Origin: Geotalea daltonii FRC-32
GTDB lineage: Bacteria > Desulfobacterota > Desulfuromonadia > Geobacterales > Geobacteraceae
DNA length: 32,000 bases
Direction of reading: 5' to 3'
Assembly: GCF_000022265.1 (NCBI RefSeq)
Contig: NC_011979.1
Span: forward strand, 2,220,001-2,252,000
This document shows, in pieces, positions 17,212 through 24,172 of this stretch (position 1 is its first letter; each line of letters begins with the position of its first letter). The notes beneath the pieces are model-generated. The model did not search any database. It was not told the origin of the DNA and saw nothing but the letters and a program-made list of their open reading frames with translations. The position numbers were made by a program, and so were the translations under genes.

Positions 17212-18415
17212 GGGGGGCTCCTTTAAATGTCGAAGAGGCGATGAAAATAGTCACGTCATCGGGGAACGATTCGCTGCCGGTGAAAAGCTCTGCCTCCCGC
17301 AGCAGTTTTCTTTTCAATACGCTGGGCTTTAAATGGATATTTTTCGCCAGGGATGCTGACAGGCGTTCATAACCGAATTCCTCGCCAGCCCGGTCGGTAC
17401 ATTCCACAATGCCGTCGGAATACAGCAGCATGGTGTCGCCATATTCGAAAGAGGTTAAACACTCTCCATAGCTGTTATTTTCTTCGAACCCCAGGGGAAA
17501 GCCGGAGACGCTGTCCAGCATCATGAGCAAACCTGAACCGGACCGGTGGATATAGGGAAAATTATGGCCGGCATTGGCAAAGGTAACCTTGCCGTTTTTG
17601 GTGTCTATGACGGCTATGAGGCAGGTCATGAGCAGTGTCTGGCGGGCGGTGGCCAGAATGGCATTGTTCATGCCGAACAATAATCCGGCAGGGGTGTCAA
17701 CCCCTTGGGAAATAAGGCAATTCAGGCTCGCTTTGGCCGCGGTAGTGACCATGCCCGATTGGACACCATGGCCGCTGACGTCGGCGACCAGCAAACCGAT
17801 TCTGTCTTTATCCAGCTGAAAATAATCGAAATAGTCTCCGCCTATTTCCGAGGAAGTGGTTATTTCTCCGCTGACGGTCAATCCCTCGAAGCTGAATTCG
17901 GAAACGGGAAGCAGTGCCTGCTGTATTTCACCAGCTTTTTTTACCTCACTCTGAATACGTTCGCCGAGACTTTCCAGTGTTTGAACCAGTGATGCCTGTG
18001 TCATAGAGATGGTCATCATCAGATCCGATACGGAAACCATCCCCGCGTACCGCTGTGCTTCAGTGATTACGAAGCAATCTGTCTCAAGGGACGGATCAAA
18101 GTCCAGTAATCGCGAAAGTGCCCCATTCACGTCCAGGTCCGCTTCCATTGTCATGCAGTCTTCTTCTTGAAGAACCATGATCGGTTTTTTGCCAAAGAGT
18201 TCCATGGCGAATGGACGCCCCAGATGGTTGTAAAAAAGAGCTCTCCGGCTGATAATGCCGGTAAATGTCCCTTCCGCTAATATGGGCAGGGCCAGCAGCG
18301 ATGGGTTTTTCTGGAAAATCTCCACTACCTCCGATACCGGTAATTGGGGGGAGATCGGTTCCTGTTTCTTGAGAATTTCACCTAACGTTGGAATGATATG
18401 CTGGCAGTATGTCAT
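17198..18415 (-). CDS. CBS-pair / PP2C (SpoIIE-RsbU type) serine phosphatase (405 aa)
   Basis: PP2C metal motifs GGDYFDYF, VADVSGHG, LLYSDGIVE and DDVTIF. The N-terminal ~130 aa are CBS-like (VSEVVEIFQKNPSLLALPILAEGTFTGIISRRALF). Confidence 0.85.
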   Translation of the reverse strand: MTYCQHIIPTLGEILKKQEPISPQLPVSEVVEIFQKNPSLLALPILAEGTFTGIISRRALFYNHLGRPFAMELFGKKPIMVLQEEDCMTMEADLDVNGALSRLLDFDPSLETDCFVITEAQRYAGMVSVSDLMMTISMTQASLVQTLESLGERIQSEVKKAGEIQQALLPVSEFSFEGLTVSGEITTSSEIGGDYFDYFQLDKDRIGLLVADVSGHGVQSGMVTTAAKASLNCLISQGVDTPAGLLFGMNNAILATARQTLLMTCLIAVIDTKNGKVTFANAGHNFPYIHRSGSGLLMMLDSVSGFPLGFEENNSYGECLTSFEYGDTMLLYSDGIVECTDRAGEEFGYERLSASLAKNIHLKPSVLKRKLLREAELFTGSESFPDDVTIFIASSTFKGAPHAAE

Positions 18416-18450
18416 CGTTCATCCGCCTCTCTCTCATTAACTTTGTACCT

Positions 18451-18483
18451 ATCATAGGAGCGAAGCGTTAAGATGATGTTACA
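18451..18483 (-). promoter_or_regulatory. Pho-box-like promoter in front of the PP2C operon
   Basis: The minus strand reads TGTAACA TCAT CTTAACG, then 9 nt, then TATGAT (18456-18451). The geometry is the same as at the porin, Zn-ribbon/pstS and phoB promoters. Confidence 0.4.
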
Positions 18484-18540
18484 GGCGGATAAATGTTCAA
18501 TGAAGGATGATAATTTCTGATTGGAAAGACTGGAACAAAG

Positions 18541-18566
18541 AAAGGGCACACTGTCGTGTGCCCTTT
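18541..18566 (-). terminator. rho-independent terminator after pstS copy 2
   Basis: AAAGGGCACAC / GTGTGCCCTTT, an 11-bp stem with a 4-nt loop. On the minus transcript it is followed by CUUUGUU. Confidence 0.7.
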
Positions 18567-18590
18567 CCGGATGCCCATGATGGATAGGTT

Positions 18591-19619
18591 TTATTTGATG
18601 GTCTTGATGGTCTTTTCCACCATCTTTGCCACATTGGCCGGAAGGGGCGCATAGAGAATCTTCTCTGCCATCTTCTGGCCGTGCTTCAGTTCCCAGTTGA
18701 GGAACTCGACCAGCTTCTTCCCTTTGGCCTTGTCCTTCTGATCCTGGTAAACGAGCAACCAGGTGAAGCCGACAACGGGGTAGGAGTCTTTGCCCGGCTG
18801 GTTGACCAGGGAGACGCGGTAATCGGCGGGCATGGATTTGGCGGCGCCGGCAGCGGCGGCGCTGGTGGATTTGATGGTCGGCTCGACGAAGACGCCGCTC
18901 TTGTTCTTGAGGCTTGCATAGGGCAGCTTGTTTTCCACGGCATAGGCCAGTTCAACGTAGCCGATGGTGTACTGGGTGGTTTTGACCTGTCCGGCGACCC
19001 CTTCGTTACCCTTGCCGCCAAGACCTACCGGCCATTTTACCGAGCTTCCCTTGCCCACTTTGCCGGACCATTCCTGGCTTACAGACGAGAGGTAGTCGGT
19101 GAAGATGCTGGTGGTGCCGCTGCCGTCGGAGCGGTGAACAACAATGATCGGTTGGTTGGGGAGATTGACGCCCGGGTTGTCATTGGAGATCTTCGGATCG
19201 TTCCATTTGGTGATCTTGCCCAGGAAGATATCGGCCACATCTTCGGAGGAGAGCTTCAAGCCTTTTGCTACGCCGGGAATGTTGTAGGTGACGACCACCG
19301 CACCCATTACCGTTGGGATGTGGAGCAGCTTACCTGGAGCGGCCTTCAGGTCGCTATCGCTCAAAAATTTGTCGGAAGCGCCGAAATCGACGGTCTGGGC
19401 GGTGATCTGTTTGATGCCGCCGCCGCTGCCGATGGACTGGTAGTTGAATTTGACCGACGGATCGACCTTGGCATATTCGGTGAACCATTTTGAATAGAGG
19501 GGGTAGGGGAAGGTCGCCCCGGCGCCGTTGATGAGTGTTTCGGCCGAAGCCGCCCCGCCAGTGGCGGTCAGCGCCAGGAGCAGCGCTGCTGCAAGTTTTT
19601 TGCGAAAAAATACCGACAT
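18591..19619 (-). CDS. pstS: phosphate ABC transporter substrate-binding protein PstS (copy 2)
   Basis: Signal peptide ...TATGGAASA, then GAGATFPYPLYSKWF and VVHRSDGSGTT. Collinear with copy 1 along its full length. Confidence 0.92.
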   Translation of the reverse strand: MSVFFRKKLAAALLLALTATGGAASAETLINGAGATFPYPLYSKWFTEYAKVDPSVKFNYQSIGSGGGIKQITAQTVDFGASDKFLSDSDLKAAPGKLLHIPTVMGAVVVTYNIPGVAKGLKLSSEDVADIFLGKITKWNDPKISNDNPGVNLPNQPIIVVHRSDGSGTTSIFTDYLSSVSQEWSGKVGKGSSVKWPVGLGGKGNEGVAGQVKTTQYTIGYVELAYAVENKLPYASLKNKSGVFVEPTIKSTSAAAAGAAKSMPADYRVSLVNQPGKDSYPVVGFTWLLVYQDQKDKAKGKKLVEFLNWELKHGQKMAEKILYAPLPANVAKMVEKTIKTIK

Positions 19620-19652
19620 TTGTTTCCTCCTTTTTGTGGATGTTGCTTTTAT

Positions 19653-19692
19653 TCTGGTTATAGTGAACTGCTTTTGTTACAGCGTTGTTACT
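19653..19692 (-). promoter_or_regulatory. Pho-box-like array between phoB and pstS copy 2
   Basis: The minus strand reads AGTAACA ACGC TGTAACA AAAG CAGTTCA C TATAAC. The best -10 (TATAAC, 19662-19657) lies 12 nt after the second heptamer, so the register differs by one half-site from the other sites. Confidence 0.45.
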
Positions 19693-19717
19693 GAAGGGCA
19701 AAGATTGGGTGGATATT

Positions 19718-20398
19718 CTATTCTTCCTCGATCTTATAGCCGAAGCCACGCACGGTCTTGATCATGTCCCCGGCAGACCCCAGCTTGGTTCGCAGTCGCG
19801 TCACATGGGTGTCGACGGTTCTGCTGTCCCCCACATAATTGTAGCCCCAGACGTTCTGCAGCAGGATGTCTCTGCTTTGAACCCTGCCGGCCCGCTCCGC
19901 CAGATCCAGAAGCAGTTTGTACTCTATAGTGGTGAGGAGGATCTCTTTATCGGCAACGGTTACCAGATGACGTTCCGTGTCGATGGAGACCGGCCCGACA
20001 CTGAAGACCTTTTTCCGTGGCTGTTCCGGTAGTGTCCGACGCAGCAGTGCCTTTACCCGCAACATGAGTTCCCTTGTGGAGAAGGGTTTGACAATATAAT
20101 CATCGGCACCCACTTCGAAACCGACGACACGGTCTATCTCCTCCCCCTTGGCGGTCAGCATGATAACCGGTATGGAGGCGGTTTTCCCATTGCCCTTCAG
20201 GATTTTGCAGATCTCTGTGCCTGCCATGCCGGGAAGCATCAGGTCAAGCAGAATAAGGTCGGGCGGATTCTTGCGCGCTGCTTCGAGGCCGACAAGCCCA
20301 TCGAGGGCAATAAGCGGCCGGTGCCCTTCCTTTTCCAGGTTGAAGGCAATCAGTTCCGCCAGGTCCCTTTCATCCTCGATTACCAGTATCGTATGCAT
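19718..20398 (-). CDS. phoB: OmpR/PhoB-family response regulator
   Basis: Receiver (ILVIEDE, LLDLMLPGMAG, IVKPF) plus a winged-helix C-terminal domain (VDTHVTRLRTKL). It sits directly upstream of pstS behind a Pho-box-like site. No histidine kinase gene is adjacent. Confidence 0.8.
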   Translation of the reverse strand: MHTILVIEDERDLAELIAFNLEKEGHRPLIALDGLVGLEAARKNPPDLILLDLMLPGMAGTEICKILKGNGKTASIPVIMLTAKGEEIDRVVGFEVGADDYIVKPFSTRELMLRVKALLRRTLPEQPRKKVFSVGPVSIDTERHLVTVADKEILLTTIEYKLLLDLAERAGRVQSRDILLQNVWGYNYVGDSRTVDTHVTRLRTKLGSAGDMIKTVRGFGYKIEEE

Positions 20399-20441
20399 CG
20401 TTCCGTTCTTTCCTTAATAGCCTGCCGATCGATTGGTGACC

Positions 20442-20485
20442 ATGCTACGGGGTTCAGGTTGCATTCATGTTACAGATCTGTAAAA
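20442..20485 (-). promoter_or_regulatory. Pho-box-like array plus -10 for phoB
   Basis: The minus strand reads TTTTACA GATC TGTAACA TGAA TGCAACC, then 9 nt, then TAGCAT (20447-20442). Confidence 0.5.
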
Positions 20486-20500
20486 AGAAGGTGATAGGAG

Positions 20501-20684
20501 TTAGTTTCCATCCGGAAACTCCGGATGAGAAACTAGTGGTTTCCGATTCGGAAAGAGGGGATTTTTTGTTCTGGCAGGGAAATCAAGGGCTTGCGCGGAG
20601 ACGTACATCGGTACGTCGCACAAGTAAGCCCGCAGATTGATGCCGCCAGGGCAGAAAAGAACCCTTTCCGGATGGAAACTAGTT
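20501..20684. repeat. nested-palindrome element with three TTTCC-N4/5-GGAAA palindromes around a long imperfect hairpin
   Basis: TTTCCATCCGGAAA (20505-20518), TTTCCGATTCGGAAA (20540-20554) and TTTCCGGATGGAAA (20665-20678). The outer 17-nt arms TAGTTTCCATCCGGAAA (20502-20518) and 20665-20681 are exact reverse complements. The core has GACGTAC ATCG GTACGTC (20600-20617) nested in GGGCTT/AAGCCC and ATCAA/TTGAT. Confidence 0.6.
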
Positions 20685-20842
20685 AATATCCTGAGCGTTT
20701 CAGCAGATTGGCAAGGGGAGGTATTTGTTTGGGCGGGATCGGATGGGAGACGGGCGGATGCCCTGTCGCTATTGGCGGCAAGGCATCCGCCCGCAAATGG
20801 AATAATCTGGTCTAGTTCGGTAGAGGATCGACGGGTGCGGCT

Positions 20843-21025
20843 TTATTTCGGGCAGTCCTGCCGCCAGAGGCAGCTTTCCTGACCACATTCCGAAGCCTTG
20901 CCGCTGGCAAAGCAGGGGTCGTTTCCTTCGGTATCCTGGATGGTCTTGATCAGATCGGTCTTATTCAACTTGCCGGCTTTGATGCCGCGCTGTTTGGCTA
21001 TTTCCTTGACTTCATCAACTTTCAT
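20843..21025 (-). CDS. SAP/Rho_N-like small protein with a C-terminal 4-Cys tail (60 aa)
   Basis: Start at 21025 behind AGGAGGAAAAGCG. MKVDEVKEIAKQRGIKAGKLNKTDLIKTIQ is a SAP-type helix-extended loop-helix; the tail is CFASGKASECGQESCLWRQDC. Confidence 0.6.
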   Translation of the reverse strand: MKVDEVKEIAKQRGIKAGKLNKTDLIKTIQDTEGNDPCFASGKASECGQESCLWRQDCPK

Positions 21026-21213
21026 CGCTTTTCCTCCTGGGTAAATTAACTTGAGTTCGACAATAATTGCTAATTCTACCAGGAGAAAATCCCTTTGCAA
21101 CCGGTGATGAAATCTTTTGTTTATTCGTTACGGCATGTTGCAAAGGTTTTTTTGTTGTGGACGGGGATAAATATGGCATGGTAGATAGGTAGGCAATACA
21201 ATGGAGGGCTTAA

Positions 21214-22323
21214 ATGATCGACAGACAGCGGTTGTATGCCACGTTCATGGAATTGTGCAGCATCGACTCCGAACCGAAAAACGAGCGTCCCATGGCCGAC
21301 CGGCTTACGGCGATACTGAAGGAATTGGGCTTCAGCGTGACCGAGGACGACACCGGCACCAGGATCGGCGGTAATGCAGGCAATCTGATCGCCCGTCTCG
21401 AAGGCACCAAACCTGGGGCTCCGCTGCTCTTTTCCTGCCACATGGACCGGGTGGCACCGGGTGTGAGGGTAAAGCCCCGCATTGAGGGCAATTACATTGT
21501 CAGCGACGGCACTACCGTGCTCGGTGCCGACGATGCAGCAGGCTTGGCGGCGATAATCGAAGGGGTGACGGTAATCCGTGGGCAGAACATTCCCCATCCC
21601 ACCCTGGAGGTTCTCTTTACCGTAGCCGAAGAGCTGGCCCTGACCGGTTCCGCCCACCTGGAGAGCAGCCGGATAACCTCCCGCTGCGGTTTCGTCCTCG
21701 ATGCCGGCGGTCCGGTGGGCGAGATCGTTGTCCAGGCCCCCGAGCAGGCGAAGATCAATGCCGTTTTCCATGGCCGGAGCGCCCATGCCGGTTTTGCCCC
21801 CGAAGAGGGTATATCGGCAATCCAGATGGCCGCCCTGGCCATAACCCGCATGAAACTGCTGCGCATCGACCCGGAAACCACCGCCAACATCGGCAGCATC
21901 CAGGCTGCAGGTCCGACCAACATCGTCTGCGACCGCTGCAGTCTGCAGGCCGAGGCCCGCTCCCTGGACCCGGCCAAGCTGCAGGCCCAGGTGGAAGTGA
22001 TGGTGGAGGCAATGGAAAATGCTGCCGCTGAAATGGGGGGTAGCGTGGAGGTCGATGTCCAGCGCTGTTATCCATCCTACCGGCTGGAGCAGGATGCGGA
22101 GCCGGTGCGACGTGCCGCCGAAGCTGCCGGACGGATCGGCGTGCCGGTCCGGTTCAAGCCCACCGGCGGCGGCTCGGACGCCAACCATTTCAACAACCGG
22201 GGTATTCCGGCGGTGGTTCTAAGCTGCGGCTATGAGAAGGTCCATACCACCGGGGAGCGGATAGCCCTGGAACAGCTGGATTTGCTGGGCCGGTGGGTGG
22301 TTGCGATTGTTTCGGGGGGGTGA
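21214..22323 (+). CDS. M20-family metallopeptidase (peptidase T-like, 369 aa)
   Basis: GGAGGG RBS. Metal and catalytic motifs SCHMDRV, GADDAAG, VAEELA (EE) and C-terminal GGGSDAN. Confidence 0.8.
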   Translation: MIDRQRLYATFMELCSIDSEPKNERPMADRLTAILKELGFSVTEDDTGTRIGGNAGNLIARLEGTKPGAPLLFSCHMDRVAPGVRVKPRIEGNYIVSDGTTVLGADDAAGLAAIIEGVTVIRGQNIPHPTLEVLFTVAEELALTGSAHLESSRITSRCGFVLDAGGPVGEIVVQAPEQAKINAVFHGRSAHAGFAPEEGISAIQMAALAITRMKLLRIDPETTANIGSIQAAGPTNIVCDRCSLQAEARSLDPAKLQAQVEVMVEAMENAAAEMGGSVEVDVQRCYPSYRLEQDAEPVRRAAEAAGRIGVPVRFKPTGGGSDANHFNNRGIPAVVLSCGYEKVHTTGERIALEQLDLLGRWVVAIVSGG

Positions 22324-22383
22324 AAATGCTCATGGGGCTTAGGGTGGTAACACTGAAAAGAAAGTAACTTGCCCAGGTCCATT

Positions 22384-22713
22384 TTACGGGGCAAACAGTT
22401 CAGAAAGAATCGTCAAAACCTCTTCCTGGGTCGGTTTAGGGATTTTACCGAGTCTCTGAATCAGCCGAGTCTTATCGACGGTCCTGATTTGATCGAGCAC
22501 CACTTGTCCATCCTTGCCCTTGAATGTGCAGGTCACTCGTGTGGGGTAATCTCTGCCTTTGGTCGTCATCGGCGCAACGATGACCGTGGCGATATACCGA
22601 TTCATTTCGTCGGGCGAGATAATGAGGCATGGTCGTGCCTTGCGGATTTCACTACCGACAGTCGGGTCAAGGTTGACCAGATAAACATCGAAACGTTTGA
22701 CTACCATTCCCAT
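22384..22713 (-). CDS. mazF: type II toxin, MazF/PemK family endoribonuclease
   Basis: KRFDVYLVNLDPTVGSEIRKARPCLIISPD ... VAPMTTK ... LDQIRTVDK is the PemK signature. Overlaps the antitoxin stop; the start is ATG 22713 or 22707. Confidence 0.88.
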   Translation of the reverse strand: MGMVVKRFDVYLVNLDPTVGSEIRKARPCLIISPDEMNRYIATVIVAPMTTKGRDYPTRVTCTFKGKDGQVVLDQIRTVDKTRLIQRLGKIPKPTQEEVLTILSELFAP

Positions 22714-22955
22714 TCATCCCGGTCCCATTCAGACTGCCCGCTCAAATTCTCATCGACCATCTTGTCGTCACCGCTTTCAGACATCAGCCTGAATGCATCG
22801 GCCCACCCCTGCCTTGGGTGGGAAGCTGAGCGAATGATGATCTTCTCGTCTTCCACTTCCAGGTCTACTTCGGTCCCCAGATTGCTTTGCTCAAGAAGAA
22901 TCTTGGGAATCCGAATCCCCTGAGAATTTCCTATTCGAATTATGTTTGTGCGCAT
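22701..22955 (-). CDS. mazE: type II antitoxin, AbrB/MazE/SpoVT family
   Basis: MRTNIIRIGNSQGIRIPKILLEQ is the SpoVT-AbrB swapped-hairpin motif, and the C-terminus is acidic. I preferred the start at 22955 (GAGGAA 7 nt upstream); 22961 is an alternative. Confidence 0.85.
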   Translation of the reverse strand: MRTNIIRIGNSQGIRIPKILLEQSNLGTEVDLEVEDEKIIIRSASHPRQGWADAFRLMSESGDDKMVDENLSGQSEWDRDEWEW

Positions 22956-22992
22956 GGGCATTTCCTCTTCGAAAAAAAAGATCCGTATGCAC

Positions 22993-23020
22993 ATTGTAAT
23001 TACTTTTCTTCGGAGGTCAA
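22993..23020 (-). promoter_or_regulatory. sigma70-type promoter for mazEF (TTGACC-16-TACAAT)
   Basis: On the minus strand TTGACC is at 23020-23015, the spacer is 16 nt and TACAAT is at 22998-22993. A GTAATTAC palindrome overlaps the -10. Confidence 0.45.
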
Positions 23021-23120
23021 TAATTTTTTGAGGCTCTCTGATAAACGGGGTTGTGGTTTTGCAGCATCGGTGGGAGCGAGGGCAACAGCATCCGCCAACA
23101 AATGTGCAGGTTTGTTCCCT

Positions 23121-23693
23121 TTATGCTCCTCCTTTTTGGAGAGTCAGCAGATAATTGAATTCGCCGATCTCTCCCAGGTATGTCTTGAGAAAACCGTGTT
23201 TTCGGAGAGTCTCTTCAGCTTCCTGTTCGGACAGACGTATGCTTACCGGAGGTCCGGGCCCTTTATCTATTTTCTTGAATTCTATCACGGCAAGCACGCC
23301 ATCATTCTTGAGAACCCTTTTGATCTCCTTCAGCGTTTCGTCCTGCCCTGCCGGTGACAGGTCGTGAAGGATCGTGGCCATGAGGCAGAAGTCGATGGAC
23401 CCGTCATCAAGGGGAATGCGCTTGGTTATATCGGCCCTGACCGGCTTGATATTCCGTATCCCCTGTTGCCGGATCGATTCCTTAAGGAGCTCGATCCCCT
23501 CTTCCCACATGTCCACGGCATGAATCATTCCCCGTTGATCCAACAGCTTTGCCATTTCCATGCTGTACCGTCCCACTCCGCAGGCCACATCCAGCACCTC
23601 GATGCCCGGGGCGAGGGGTATCCGGGAAAAGAATTCGGTGGTGTCGATCAGGTCGAAGCTGCTCTTTCCGGCAGCAACCGGTTTTTTACTCAT
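23121..23693 (-). CDS. class I SAM-dependent methyltransferase (small-molecule type, 190 aa)
   Basis: Motif I VLDVACGVGRYS, a post-I acidic residue (HAVD) and a Methyltransf_11/25-like length. Confidence 0.75.
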   Translation of the reverse strand: MSKKPVAAGKSSFDLIDTTEFFSRIPLAPGIEVLDVACGVGRYSMEMAKLLDQRGMIHAVDMWEEGIELLKESIRQQGIRNIKPVRADITKRIPLDDGSIDFCLMATILHDLSPAGQDETLKEIKRVLKNDGVLAVIEFKKIDKGPGPPVSIRLSEQEAEETLRKHGFLKTYLGEIGEFNYLLTLQKGGA

Positions 23694-24010
23694 ATTTTCT
23701 CCTTGTTATGGATTTTTCCGCTATGGGCGATCGACACCCATTTTCTTCTGGGGACGACCAGGTTTCCGGGGAATTACGGACACAATGCTTAATTCCTCTG
23801 GCTTTGGGTTACCTCATTTTAGGGCATCAAGGAATGCCTACAACTGAGCATTTTGCACCGACCTCAGCTTCTTTCGTCGTACATGCATATCGGCGCCGCC
23901 GATTTCACTTATGGCAAACAAGGCTGCCACCATCACTACACCAAAAATGTGGTCATCTCAATTGGAAAATTAAAAATATTGGCCTCCGAAAGGAAAAGGA
24001 AGGGGAGGGT

Positions 24011-24046
24011 TAAAACAAAACGGCCGGGTGCTGATGACCCGGCCGT
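24011..24046 (-). terminator. rho-independent terminator downstream of HAF paralog 1
   Basis: ACGGCCGGGT / ACCCGGCCGT, a 10-bp stem (24020-24046) with a 7-nt loop. On the minus transcript it is followed by UUUUGUUUU. Confidence 0.7.
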
Positions 24047-24172
24047 GGTACGTCCTTCCTAGAGCATTTCAGCCGTCGATTTCACTCTTAGAGGCAGTGC
24101 CAGGCTTGCACTTTTGGAATTACGACTCTAACTGCAGGCCCGGCAATATTGGGTTCCTCTGGTTTCCTGCGA

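Noticed and set aside
20570-20660. Possible GEMM (c-di-GMP/cGAMP) riboswitch, since these are common in Geobacter
   Set aside because: Neither strand shows the conserved GEMM-I features (paired P1/P2 hairpins with a GNRA tetraloop and receptor, ACGCAAAGC-type junction). It reads as a single extended imperfect hairpin.
20752-20792. Perfect 11-bp inverted repeat GGGCGGATGCC / GGCATCCGCCC downstream of the SAP-domain gene, considered as its terminator
   Set aside because: It has a 19-nt loop and no U-tract on either strand, so I did not call it an intrinsic terminator. It could still be a stabilising 3' hairpin or a protein-binding site.
21121-22188. 355-aa minus-strand ORF overlapping the M20 peptidase gene
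   Set aside because: It is antisense to an ORF with clear M20 metal and catalytic motifs (HMDRV, GADDAAG, EE). Its own translation is Gly/Ala/His-rich low-complexity with no recognisable motif and no RBS. This is a typical shadow ORF in GC-rich DNA.
22384-23693. mazEF plus methyltransferase considered as a restriction-modification or defence island
   Set aside because: The 190-aa methyltransferase has only the generic class I SAM fold (Methyltransf_11/25-like) and no DNA-methyltransferase target-recognition or catalytic motifs (DPPY/PCQ). mazEF is an ordinary type II toxin-antitoxin pair. I saw no integrase, transposase or flanking direct repeats.
23694-24010. ORFs 23853-24062, 23560-23847 and 23549-24013 in the ~480-bp gap between the methyltransferase gene and HAF1
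   Set aside because: They have no RBS, they overlap each other in different frames, and their translations are Arg/Pro/His-rich nonsense. I also found no tRNA-like or other structured RNA signature, so the region is left unannotated.
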